Shown here piece by piece: positions 9,735 to 17,284 of a stretch of DNA of 64,000 nucleotides (position 1 is its first letter; the number at the start of each line of letters is the position of its first letter). Position numbers and translations under genes: made by a program. Below the pieces are notes generated by a model that saw only the letters and a program-made list of their open reading frames with translations, was not told the origin of the DNA and did no database searches. The DNA is from Escherichia phage vB_EcoM_RZ. The stretch is taken from the sequence record MW598459, one strand, 5' to 3'.

Positions 9735-9952
9735 GAGCTCGGGTACCAGATTTTACCGTCGGCGCGGGCAACGAAGGTACGACCAGCTTCTTCGCCGTAA
9801 CAAGAGCTATTCAGCCAATCTTCAAGACGAACTTCACCGTCATAATCATCTAGCTCAACACCAAAATCCTGAGCAGAAGCCATATCTTTTACTTTCTTAT
9901 ACAGGGCAGCCAGTTCAAGAGCAGCTTTTTCTAATTCGTTAATATCAGTCAT
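9728..9952 (-). CDS. hypothetical small protein (distant member of the C-terminal W-x-S-S-C family)
   Basis: 74 aa, acidic, ends KIWYPSSC-stop. Confidence 0.45.
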   Translation of the reverse strand: MTDINELEKAALELAALYKKVKDMASAQDFGVELDDYDGEVRLEDWLNSSCYGEEAGRTFVARADGKIWYPSSC

Positions 9953-9961
9953 TTTTATTCC

Positions 9962-10156
9962 TTAGCATTCGTAAGAGGAGGACACCCAAGAGGTACCACT
10001 AATTGTAATACAACCATTATAAAGCGTAATATGTCGTTCTAGGTCACGAACACCATCAATGTAGATATCAGCTTCTTCGCGTTCTTCTTTACAAATCTGG
10101 ATAACGTTTTCAATAGCTGCCGCGGCAGTACGGATTGCACAATCTAATTCACGAGA
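9962..10156 (-). CDS. small protein, WVSSSxEC C-terminal family
   Basis: Start at MSRELDC with SD AAGGAA; ends SGTSWVSSSYEC-stop. Confidence 0.5.
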   Translation of the reverse strand, partial: SRELDCAIRTAAAAIENVIQICKEEREEADIYIDGVRDLERHITLYNGCITISGTSWVSSSYEC

Positions 10157-10167
10157 CATATAATTCC

Positions 10168-10449
10168 TTAACATTCAGAAGAGGAGGACACCCAACCGCC
10201 ATTTTCCAGGTCAGTTGTATAGTCATGAGTGTTAACAATAGCCCATTCAGGATGGCCATATTCTTCCCAATGGGCAAGGTCAGCTTTCAAGGCACCAGGA
10301 GAATAATAGTCACCGCCCATACCGCGAGCAGGGTATATATTAAAATGAGTCTCATATTTGTTTGCAATTTCCTCGGCACGCCGAATAGCTTTATGGATGT
10401 CATTTACTGCGTTAGCCAGTTCTTTATTTTTACGGTAATCATTCATCAT
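10168..10449 (-). CDS. small protein, WVSSSxEC C-terminal family
   Basis: 93 aa; ends ENGGWVSSSSEC-stop; 3' coding DNA near-identical to the next family member. Confidence 0.5.
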   Translation of the reverse strand: MMNDYRKNKELANAVNDIHKAIRRAEEIANKYETHFNIYPARGMGGDYYSPGALKADLAHWEEYGHPEWAIVNTHDYTTDLENGGWVSSSSEC

Positions 10450-10458
10450 AACGTTTCC

Positions 10459-10749
10459 TTAGCACATTGCCGAAGAGGAGACCCAAGCACCAACTGTAAC
10501 GACACCGTTTTCAACTTCACCGCCGTTGTTTTCAATTTCATCTTTAAACCACTGGGAGCATTCATAACCGACAGGATAATATGTACGGCCTGAACCATAA
10601 TCACCGGTACCGAATTGGATACCATATTCATCTGCGATTTCTTCGCAGTGTTTTTCAATTTCAGAGGTCTTATTTAGAAGAGAATAGATGGCTTTTTCTG
10701 CAGATTTCTCATCATAATACTTGGGGATAGCAATTTCAATTTTATTCAT
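10459..10749 (-). CDS. small protein, WVSSSxEC C-terminal family
   Basis: 96 aa; ends TVGAWVSSSAMC-stop. Confidence 0.5.
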   Translation of the reverse strand: MNKIEIAIPKYYDEKSAEKAIYSLLNKTSEIEKHCEEIADEYGIQFGTGDYGSGRTYYPVGYECSQWFKDEIENNGGEVENGVVTVGAWVSSSAMC

Positions 10750-11099
10750 GATTTACATTCCTTAATAAAGGTTTCAAGGTCATTACGTTTTGTTTTGTCT
10801 AGGAACTTATTATACTCAGCCATTGCCGAAGCATATCTCTTACGGCTAGGAGCATTCACTGCATTTGTGTGACAGATATCATAAACAACCGGGATAAAAT
10901 AAGCCACAACAGCCGGAGCAATTATCATAAAGAAGCCCATCTCAATAGGCATGACTCCCTCGATTGCAGCCATAACCGTGGTCATTACCAGACCAACCAA
11001 ACCACCGAGCATACCGGTGACAATTCCCAATAATAAATTGCCGCCAATATCATATTCAGCCAATTGATAAACATGTGATGCAAGACTAGGCCGTTCCAT
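10746..11099 (-). CDS. small membrane protein (2 TM, C-terminal FIKECKS)
   Basis: Start at MERPSLAS preceded by SD TAAGGAGG; hydrophobic helices LLLGIVTGMLGGLVGLVMTTVMAAI and FFMIIAPAVVAYFIPVV. Confidence 0.5.
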   Translation of the reverse strand: MERPSLASHVYQLAEYDIGGNLLLGIVTGMLGGLVGLVMTTVMAAIEGVMPIEMGFFMIIAPAVVAYFIPVVYDICHTNAVNAPSRKRYASAMAEYNKFLDKTKRNDLETFIKECKS

Positions 11100-11446
11100 T
11101 ACGAACCTCCTTAATAAATTCTTCGGCACATTTAATTTTGTGCTCTTCTTGTAGGGAAACACATTTTTGTTCCCACTCTTTAACTCGTCCACGATATCCT
11201 TTATTCATATGATTTTGATGCCATACATTTATCAAAATCATACTCAGGACTGTAATAAAAGGAGCTGCGATTATTAGCGCCCAGGCAACTCCAACACTAA
11301 TGATATCCATATCCCCACAAACCACCATCATTATAACCCCAACAATGCACATGGACAAAGCTCCAAATGGAGGCATAAGGTCTTTATCAATCTTGTCTGC
11401 GTATACAAATTTTTCTGGTTTACTTGGCAGATATAACGTTCGCATT
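11086..11446 (-). CDS. small membrane protein (2 TM, C-terminal FIKEVRN)
   Basis: Start at MRTLYLPS with SD AAGGGG; two hydrophobic helices; its tail codons FIKEV contain the SD (AAGGAGG) of the downstream gene. Confidence 0.5.
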
Positions 11447-11992
11447 TTGAACCCCTTTAGCATATTCACGACATTCAGCAATAAAACGATTAAGCTTACG
11501 TTTCCGTTTACGACCCTCTAATGTATACTCAGCCGCCAAATCAAGAAGCTCATCTTTATCATAATTTTTAATATCAGTATAAGTTGGGCGGCGGTCAACC
11601 ATTCCAAAGTGGTCACCATTTTCCAACATCAAATAACACACCAAATGGTCATCATCGTCCGCATTAATAAGCTGCTTATAATCACTTGGTTCATTTAACG
11701 CATACACAGAATAACTCAGCCCAGCGAATTCCACTCGTTGAATACCCAGATTTACGTCAATAATTTCCAAGGCATCTGCAAAAGAAAGGTCTTCAGCTAA
11801 AGCAAAAATAAAAGGCAATTTGGTAGTATCGCCGCGACTTGTTGTTCTTCTTAAGAAATCATTGGAATAGCCCAAGTCGCGGCGGATTCTATAAAGAACT
11901 GTGTTAGTTTCAGTGGCAAGACCACTACCGCCAAACCATTCCACATTTGATAAAAGATTATCATATAAAGTCATAATTTTCTCCTCTCCCAA
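11420..11992 (-). CDS. hypothetical protein (C-terminal KRKRK..FIAECRE)
   Basis: 190-aa ORF, acidic core, basic tail. Confidence 0.5.
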   Translation of the reverse strand: MGEEKIMTLYDNLLSNVEWFGGSGLATETNTVLYRIRRDLGYSNDFLRRTTSRGDTTKLPFIFALAEDLSFADALEIIDVNLGIQRVEFAGLSYSVYALNEPSDYKQLINADDDDHLVCYLMLENGDHFGMVDRRPTYTDIKNYDKDELLDLAAEYTLEGRKRKRKLNRFIAECREYAKGVQNANVISAK

Positions 11993-12016
11993 TTAGGGGG
12001 CTTTACCCCCTTTATC

Positions 12017-12610
12017 TTACTTAAGTGAATTAATGTATTCTTCAATGTCAGCGGACGTGGTATCCACACCAACCTGTGGGCCTTTGAAGGTTTCAACACG
12101 CATCAGAGTGTCTTCAATATCAATCTTAGTCAATGCAGCGATTTCAACAACATCATCTGCAGTCGCAATACCCAGGGCAGATACCTTACGGGTTTCGCGG
12201 ATGTATTCCAGTTTAACAGCTAGTTCCTGACGAGAATCATCCAACTCTTTAACTTTCAATTTAATTTCATTACGCATTTCAACATAATCATCTGCCTTCT
12301 TACGAAGTTGTTTAGCAGTACGACGATACAGGAGACCCAGTTTAGCATGGACCTGGACATCCGCACCATCAGCAATCAGTTTGCGGATTTCACGCTCTTT
12401 TGAAGCGGCGAGTTGGTCTTTTTCATTCGCTAACTCACGGATGCGTTTTTCTTCATTAACCGACTTAACGTGGGCGGTCTGGAGCTCAGTAATCTTGTCA
12501 ATCAGGGTAGACGCTGCTTGAGTATATTGGTCTTCAATAGACAGATTTTTTGTCATTGCAGTACCCAGTTTGGAGCGGATGAATTCAACAAGTTTCTTTA
12601 AAGTATTCAT
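12017..12610 (-). CDS. hypothetical coiled-coil protein
   Basis: 197 aa, charged heptad-like K/E-rich sequence; own early promoter upstream. Confidence 0.55.
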   Translation of the reverse strand: MNTLKKLVEFIRSKLGTAMTKNLSIEDQYTQAASTLIDKITELQTAHVKSVNEEKRIRELANEKDQLAASKEREIRKLIADGADVQVHAKLGLLYRRTAKQLRKKADDYVEMRNEIKLKVKELDDSRQELAVKLEYIRETRKVSALGIATADDVVEIAALTKIDIEDTLMRVETFKGPQVGVDTTSADIEEYINSLK

Positions 12611-12676
12611 GGTATTTCCTTCAGTTGGTTAATATTTTATTATCCAATGTTTTATTGTGTAACTCAGTATGGAATC

Positions 12677-12706
12677 ATTATGCCTTAAAGCAGGGGGCTT
12701 GTATAC
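12677..12706 (-). promoter_or_regulatory. T4-type early promoter cassette; -35 lies in a G5/C5 hairpin
   Basis: Minus strand GTATAC-N18-CATAAT-GATTCCATACTGAGTTACAC; hairpin GGGGGCTTGTATACCCCC (12693-12710) followed on plus by TTTTTT. Confidence 0.5.
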
Positions 12707-12718
12707 CCCCTTTTTTAA

Positions 12719-13162
12719 TTAAATTTCAAATTCTTTGCGGAAGTTGGAAGCATAAGACTGAACTGACGCTTTGTTGAATCCAAACTCACGCACAATCATA
12801 TCAATAACAGCTCTGCGAGCAGCACCATTAGACATATTAACAGTTTTGAACATATCATAGCATAAATCTTTGTTGCTCATACCGGAGCGTTTAGGTGCCT
12901 TACGCTCAGCTTTTGGTTCAGCTTTAGGAGTAGGTTTAACTTCTGGGTTAACCTGTCCATCATTCAGACCTTTAAAAATTTTACCTGCCAGAGTTGCCAG
13001 TTTAGCAGCTTCGCCACGAGTGATACCAAATACTGCCGGGTTAAATGAAATACCTTCAGCTGTCAGACGTTTGAAGAACATACGTGCTGCGGATTGTGCT
13101 TCAGCTTCAGAAGAGTTGTTTAATGCCAGTTTAACATACTTAACCAGTTTTGAAGTTTTCAT
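12719..13162 (-). CDS. hypothetical protein, paralog A (shared C-terminal VQSYASNFRK domain)
   Basis: Start at MKTSKLVKYV; C-terminal ~45 aa (NGAARRAVIDMIV..VQSYASNFRK) shared with ORF 13246-13671. Confidence 0.55.
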   Translation of the reverse strand: MKTSKLVKYVKLALNNSSEAEAQSAARMFFKRLTAEGISFNPAVFGITRGEAAKLATLAGKIFKGLNDGQVNPEVKPTPKAEPKAERKAPKRSGMSNKDLCYDMFKTVNMSNGAARRAVIDMIVREFGFNKASVQSYASNFRKEFEI

Positions 13163-13204
13163 TTTATTATCCCGTTTGTTTATTTGGTAACTCAGTATGG
13201 GATA

Positions 13205-13234
13205 ATTATACATTATCCCACCTGGAAGTAAAAC
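13205..13234 (-). promoter_or_regulatory. T4-type early promoter cassette with dyad around -10
   Basis: Minus strand TTTTAC-N17-TATAAT; -10 flanked by GGGATAAT/ATTATCCC; leader TATCCCATACTGAGTTACC. Confidence 0.5.
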
Positions 13235-13245
13235 ACTTTTCTCAA

Positions 13246-13671
13246 TTATTTTTGAGCTTTGCGGAAGTTGGATGCATATGACTGAACAACAGTCTTTTTG
13301 ATATCATGGGTGGTAACCAGAACATCAATCAGAGCGCGACGAGCTGCATTATCATTCATATCAATTTCTGCAAATGCCTGGAAGCAAATGTCACGAGCGT
13401 TACCAGATTTGGACTGGATTTTTTCTTCTTTAACTTCTTCAATTGGGAATTCAATCATTTCAGCTTGGATTAATTCAATGATAGATTCTTTTGACTGTTT
13501 GGTGTTTACCTTCAGTTCAGAATTAAGGGACTTGGCAATGGCAACAATCTGGGTTGAAGTCAGATGGATAAGTGCATCTTCACGAATGCAGATTTCACAT
13601 ACTTCGTCAGCAACCATTTTGTTAGTGATGCGGGTAACAGAGAATGCAGAGGTCAGGGTCAGAAAGTTCAT
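13246..13671 (-). CDS. hypothetical protein, paralog B (shared C-terminal VQSYASNFRK domain)
   Basis: Start at MNFLTLTS with SD GGAG; C-terminal NDNAARRALIDVLV..VQSYASNFRK. Confidence 0.55.
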   Translation of the reverse strand: MNFLTLTSAFSVTRITNKMVADEVCEICIREDALIHLTSTQIVAIAKSLNSELKVNTKQSKESIIELIQAEMIEFPIEEVKEEKIQSKSGNARDICFQAFAEIDMNDNAARRALIDVLVTTHDIKKTVVQSYASNFRKAQK

Positions 13672-13723
13672 TTTATTTCTCCAAAGTTTTGTTTGATTCA
13701 GTGTGTAACTCAGTATGGAATCA

Positions 13724-13752
13724 TTATGCACCCGGTCAATCTGGATGTACAC
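13724..13752 (-). promoter_or_regulatory. T4-type early promoter cassette
   Basis: Minus strand GTGTAC-N18-CATAAT-GATTCCATACTGAGTTACACAC; leader near-identical to the 12677 and 52392 copies. Confidence 0.5.
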
Positions 13753-13789
13753 TACTTTTTGAAGAAAATTTCAAATTTATTCGGGGTAT

Positions 13790-13810
13790 AAAAAAGCCCG
13801 CATTGCGGGC
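13790..13810 (-). terminator. rho-independent terminator
   Basis: Hairpin GCCCGCATTGCGGGC followed on the minus strand by a T-run; directly after stop of ORF 13813-14367. Confidence 0.6.
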
Positions 13811-13812
13811 TG

Positions 13813-14367
13813 TTAGTTCTTATAAAAGCGGAACGGATTTATATGGAAGGCGAGCATAGCCTTAGGGATGGGTCGGGACAGAAGGCTCTTGAGCTTCCAG
13901 CCACAATAAACACGCAGATAAAAGGTGATTCCACCGACCTTAAGATAAGGAACAGAAGCAAAAACACCCCAGGCATTGTCCGTCCACATAAAGAGCCATC
14001 CGTGATGAGCTTTATCCGGGGAACCAGATTCGACATCAGGATTACCTTTATAATGGAATTCTGAATTGCAATCACGACCGAGCTTGTGGTAAGCAAAATT
14101 GTATGCTTTGTTTCGCCAGAGCCAGGCTACTCGTTGGAAGTAAACACCTAATGGCCATTTTCGGATTTTTGACCAACGTTTGACATGACCCCGGTCACCA
14201 TCAATCGGATTATCATAAGTCATCATCCAATCAAACCCGAACGGAAGTTTACCAGTCTTTTTATTATGGAACGGAACTACAAATGGAGCCAGGATAACGG
14301 CCAGAATCATGGAGATAAAATCCAGCGGAACTAACAGAATCCAACTCAAATATTTTAACAGTTTCAT
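13813..14367 (-). CDS. hypothetical membrane protein
   Basis: Start at MKLLKYLSWILLVPLDFISMILAVILAPFVV (N-terminal TM helix); longer track ORF would run through a terminator. Confidence 0.5.
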   Translation of the reverse strand: MKLLKYLSWILLVPLDFISMILAVILAPFVVPFHNKKTGKLPFGFDWMMTYDNPIDGDRGHVKRWSKIRKWPLGVYFQRVAWLWRNKAYNFAYHKLGRDCNSEFHYKGNPDVESGSPDKAHHGWLFMWTDNAWGVFASVPYLKVGGITFYLRVYCGWKLKSLLSRPIPKAMLAFHINPFRFYKN

Positions 14368-14390
14368 ACGTTTCTCTTTAGTTGATTTAT

Positions 14391-14418
14391 AAAAAAGCCC
14401 CAACCTTTCGGAAGGGGC
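14391..14418 (-). terminator. rho-independent terminator downstream of tRNA region
   Basis: Hairpin GCCCC-loop-GGGGC followed on the minus strand by TTTTTT. Confidence 0.55.
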
Positions 14419-14454
14419 TATACCTTGTCGGGGTTCCACCTGCAAGGCAAGTGT

Positions 14455-14545
14455 TTGTACGAAACGCCGGGATTCGAACCCGGTTATTAAGCAGTTGACG
14501 CTACTCAATATTTTTAAAAGGCCATATCTCGACCATATCCGAACG
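14455..14545 (-). ncRNA. tRNA-like element (canonical T-arm and acceptor pairing, body non-canonical; possible long-arm tRNA, pseudo-tRNA or small stable RNA)
   Basis: Minus strand has CCGGGTTCGAATCCCGG T-arm and 3' CGTTTCG pairing with CGGAACG about 85 nt upstream; no convincing anticodon arm. Confidence 0.3.
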
Positions 14546-14718
14546 TTCCGTCAAAAACGCTACTCGGCTTACGGCAAAGATATTTCCTCGAATCGATAAT
14601 TCGGTGCGCCGTTTCTGCTGTGATATAAGGGGACATCAACAAATCGTAAAGATTTATTAATGTCAGTCCTTAAACAGGGAACATCAGTCCGACGACTTAC
14701 CGGTAGCGACCCGGTTTC

Positions 14719-14958
14719 TCATTCAATTGTAATAGCTAATTTGACTTTAACAACCTTATAATTGGAATCAAGGTCATTGAATTCCATAAAATTTGTTGCT
14801 AGTCTGCGAGTCGGGAAACTTAGATATTTATTATGTTCGGGTGGAGCAGTTAATGCAAACCATGGGACTTGTTTATCATTTTCGTCAAACTCATCAAAGC
14901 TATAAACCAGCTCGTTGCTGGTTATATCCATAACTGCATATGATTCACTAATAACCAT
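14719..14958 (-). CDS. hypothetical small protein within tRNA region
   Basis: Start at MVISESYAV; the longer track ORF would overlap tRNA-Arg. Confidence 0.4.
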   Translation of the reverse strand: MVISESYAVMDITSNELVYSFDEFDENDKQVPWFALTAPPEHNKYLSFPTRRLATNFMEFNDLDSNYKVVKVKLAITIE

Positions 14959-14973
14959 AATATCCTCAGTAAT

Positions 14974-15050
14974 TGGTCGGGGTGGTGGGATTCTAACCCA
15001 CAACCTACGGTTTAGAAGACCGTTGCTCTATACAATTGAGCTACACCCCG
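14974..15050 (-). tRNA. tRNA-Arg (anticodon TCT), CCA encoded
   Basis: Minus strand CGGGGTG acceptor pairs with CACCCCG; anticodon stem-loop ACGGT-CTTCTAA-ACCGT; T-loop GGTTAGAATCC; 3' ACCA. Confidence 0.75.
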
Positions 15051-15127
15051 GGTGGCCCCATCCAGATTTGAACTGGTAACCTTTCCCTTATGAGGGGACT
15101 GCTGCTAACCAATTGAGCTACAGGGCC
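15051..15127 (-). tRNA. tRNA with CAT anticodon (Met or Ile2-type)
   Basis: Minus strand GGCCCTGTAGCTCAATTGGTTAGCAG..CCCCTCATAAGGG..GTTCAAATCTGG..TGGGGCCACC; anticodon loop CTCATAA. Confidence 0.6.
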
Positions 15128-15132
15128 TAAAA

Positions 15133-15399
15133 TTAAATTACAAATCCAGCGGGAGCATTATCATCTTTAATCATATGCTGAATTGTATGATAAGTTAGTT
15201 CTTCTGGTGCAACCAGATAAGCCGCAACGTTAACTAGTGGAATTATTTTTGGTTTAGCGAATGTGCTATCGGCAATTGCCATAAAGGACTCGCCGTCGGT
15301 CTCAACTTCGCCAAATTGACACTCATACGAAATAGAGCAGCGTTTGGTAGTGGTTGTCTTTGTTTTAGGGTCATAAAAAGCTAATTTTAATACTAACAT
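15133..15399 (-). CDS. hypothetical protein
   Basis: 88-aa ORF immediately downstream of tRNAs. Confidence 0.4.
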   Translation of the reverse strand: MLVLKLAFYDPKTKTTTTKRCSISYECQFGEVETDGESFMAIADSTFAKPKIIPLVNVAAYLVAPEELTYHTIQHMIKDDNAPAGFVI

Positions 15400-15536
15400 A
15401 ACACCTCAAGTAAAATTAAGTAAAGTAAGTTTGATTAATAGCACATGCTATTATGAAAGATTCTTTGAGGGAAGAACCTTTGGTAATAGAGGGTACTTAT
15501 TAATAATAACACACAACTCTTAAAGCATATTACTTG

Positions 15537-15917
15537 TTAACCTTCATCAACAATAGTGTGGGTGTTGGCATTAACAATCTGCCACCAGTCAAAACGGTTA
15601 GAACCATAACAAGGCTTATTCTCGTTTTCTTTAATGATAACGCGCAGTTCATCTTCAGTCGCAGCTTTTGCAATTAGGTCTGCATAACCACCCCGGGGAT
15701 AATAGTTATCACCAGCAAAGAGCAAAAAGTTTGTTTTGATATTCTTGAATTCTTCAAGAGTAATAACCGTTCCAGATGGTTGAACAATATCTACGTAACT
15801 ATATCCTAATTTTTGAGCTTCATCTACCGCTTCAAGCAGGGTGTCATGCGCCCACCCAATTTGGCAATCTGGTTTTTCAGATGGATTTGCCTGATAATCC
15901 GCATACACTTTATACAT
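15537..15917 (-). CDS. hypothetical protein
   Basis: Start at MYKVYADY with SD GGTGAG. Confidence 0.45.
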   Translation of the reverse strand: MYKVYADYQANPSEKPDCQIGWAHDTLLEAVDEAQKLGYSYVDIVQPSGTVITLEEFKNIKTNFLLFAGDNYYPRGGYADLIAKAATEDELRVIIKENENKPCYGSNRFDWWQIVNANTHTIVDEG

Positions 15918-15918
15918 T

Positions 15919-16103
15919 TTACTCACCTTTAGAGATTTTATCCATAACGAAAGAGATTGAACCAATTAAAAATGCAACTACTAAAGAGATTATATTCTCA
16001 GAAGTTGAAAGCATATTCAACATAAAGCCAGCAAACATGCTAAAACCAAAAGTGGTAACAGCAACAAGGGCAGTAACATTTCTAATTAATTCGCAACGTT
16101 TCA
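15919..16103 (-). CDS. small membrane protein
   Basis: Start at MKRCELIRNVTALVAVTTFGFSMFAGFML with SD GAGGAG; two hydrophobic segments. Confidence 0.4.
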
Positions 16104-16123
16104 TTTTATTCTCCTCAGTAGTT

Positions 16124-16148
16124 GATAGGTCTAGGTTATGATATACTA
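16124..16148 (-). promoter_or_regulatory. stem-loop plus conserved early leader (variant promoter cassette)
   Basis: Inverted repeat GGTCTAG-TATATCATAA-CCTAGACC followed by TATCAACTACTGAGGAG leader; -35/-10 assignment unclear. Confidence 0.35.
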
Positions 16149-16162
16149 GACCAGTAACTGTT

Positions 16163-16384
16163 TTATTCAGCACCAACGGCTTTCAAAAGTTTTTTAAGGT
16201 TGACAATACCACGGGCAGAGAAAGTAACCTTACCACCTGTTTCAGATACAGAACCTGTAAGTTTTGCCAATTTATCATTTGGTAACTTTTTAAAATCCTT
16301 CAGTGTACCATCAAAAGTTTTAGATTGAATCGGCAATTCGTCATGCATTTTAGCTTCGTTAATAAATTCTTGATACGTTTTCAT
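16163..16384 (-). CDS. internal-protein-like protein with capsid-targeting sequence
   Basis: N-terminus MKTYQEFINEAK (MKTYQEFI + I-x-E motif); own early promoter. Confidence 0.65.
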   Translation of the reverse strand: MKTYQEFINEAKMHDELPIQSKTFDGTLKDFKKLPNDKLAKLTGSVSETGGKVTFSARGIVNLKKLLKAVGAE

Positions 16385-16412
16385 TTTTTGACCCTCAGTA
16401 GTTGATGGGATA

Positions 16413-16441
16413 ATTATACGCTATCCCATTTAAAAGTACAC
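16413..16441 (-). promoter_or_regulatory. T4-type early promoter cassette with dyad around -10
   Basis: Minus strand GTGTAC-N17-TATAAT; ATGGGATA/TATCCCAT inverted repeat flanks the -10; leader TATCCCATCAACTACTGAGGG. Confidence 0.55.
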
Positions 16442-16696
16442 TTATTTTTTAGGGATACGATAGTAACGCATCTCAACATCTTTCTGCTTGTACCACTTTT
16501 TGATAAGGTCTTCAGAACCGCTAATAGTAACGATGTCATAACGACCATCATGCGATACTTCAGCACTTAACTGCATGAAATTGTCCAGTGAACGACGGAA
16601 TTCCTCATTGGAAAAACTGCCACGCGGCGAACCAACATAAGCAAACTCAACTTTTGCATTTGCAGATTCAGTAATAAATTCTTGATAAGTTTTCAT
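16442..16696 (-). CDS. internal-protein-like protein with capsid-targeting sequence
   Basis: Start at MKTYQEFITESA; own early promoter. Confidence 0.65.
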   Translation of the reverse strand: MKTYQEFITESANAKVEFAYVGSPRGSFSNEEFRRSLDNFMQLSAEVSHDGRYDIVTISGSEDLIKKWYKQKDVEMRYYRIPKK

Positions 16697-16722
16697 ATAG
16701 TCTCCAGTAGTTGATGAGATAA

Positions 16723-16752
16723 TCATACTACAGTTATCCCATCGCGTATACT
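16723..16752 (-). promoter_or_regulatory. T4-type early promoter cassette with dyad around -10
   Basis: Minus strand GTATAC-N18-TATGAT; GATGGGATAA/TTATCTCATC inverted repeat; leader CAACTACTGGAG. Confidence 0.55.
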
Positions 16753-16995
16753 TTATTTTAAGTCTTCCAGACGTTTTTTCATCTTGGTGCCGTTCTTAGC
16801 AATTTCACCCGCGTCTGAACAAAGAGCAAGGAGAGCTTTAACTTTACCCTGGTCGCCTTTAAAAGATGATGCATCTACAGAATCGGCAAGTTCTTTGATA
16901 CGTGCAAACAGGCGCTCTGCTTCAGCAAGGGCTTGACCAAGTTTAACTTCCATACCATGGGAAGATTCTGTTATAAATGTTTGATAAGTTTTCAT
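16753..16995 (-). CDS. internal-protein-like protein with capsid-targeting sequence
   Basis: N-terminus MKTYQTFITESS. Confidence 0.65.
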   Translation of the reverse strand: MKTYQTFITESSHGMEVKLGQALAEAERLFARIKELADSVDASSFKGDQGKVKALLALCSDAGEIAKNGTKMKKRLEDLK

Positions 16996-17003
16996 TTGAA
17001 GCC

Positions 17004-17276
17004 TTATTTAAGATAAATTGCATATTTTTTATAACCAGCTGTCTCATGACGGAGACCCTTGTCATTGGCAAAACGCTCAATGTTATTAATTTGGTTCTGG
17101 TCAAGTTCTGAAATGTCAAACGCGAAAAAGTTGCGTTTGTTACCAATTGTTATATGGTCAGTCAAGTCAATGCTATACAGGTGATTGATATTGTCAATCA
17201 TAGATTTGACTGCTTTACTAATTTTTACTTCTTCATTCAGTTGTGACTCGTTGAAAAATTCATTGAAAGTTTTCAT
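17004..17276 (-). CDS. internal-protein-like protein (divergent capsid-targeting sequence)
   Basis: N-terminus MKTFNEFFNESQ. Confidence 0.55.
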   Translation of the reverse strand: MKTFNEFFNESQLNEEVKISKAVKSMIDNINHLYSIDLTDHITIGNKRNFFAFDISELDQNQINNIERFANDKGLRHETAGYKKYAIYLK

Positions 17277-17284
17277 AAGAAACC

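Noticed and set aside
10135-10593. 152-aa plus-strand ORF spanning the WVSSSxEC genes
   Set aside because: Antisense to three tightly packed minus-strand genes that have SD sequences and a conserved family motif; no promoter or SD.
12693-12716. Hairpin GGGGGCTTGTATACCCCC + TTTTTT as a plus-strand terminator
   Set aside because: All neighbouring genes are on the minus strand and the loop contains the -35 element of a minus-strand early promoter; treated as part of the promoter cassette, with a possible role against antisense read-through.
13672-13752. Long 5' extensions of track ORFs (13246-13752, 12719-13213, 2807-3322, 13813-14508, 15919-16176, 16442-16726)
   Set aside because: The extensions run through promoter cassettes, terminators or tRNA sequence; internal ATGs with Shine-Dalgarno sequences give the plausible starts.
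14959-15003. ORF 14719-15003 overlapping tRNA-Arg
   Set aside because: The upstream part of the ORF is the tRNA-Arg gene itself; the CDS is trimmed to 14719-14958.
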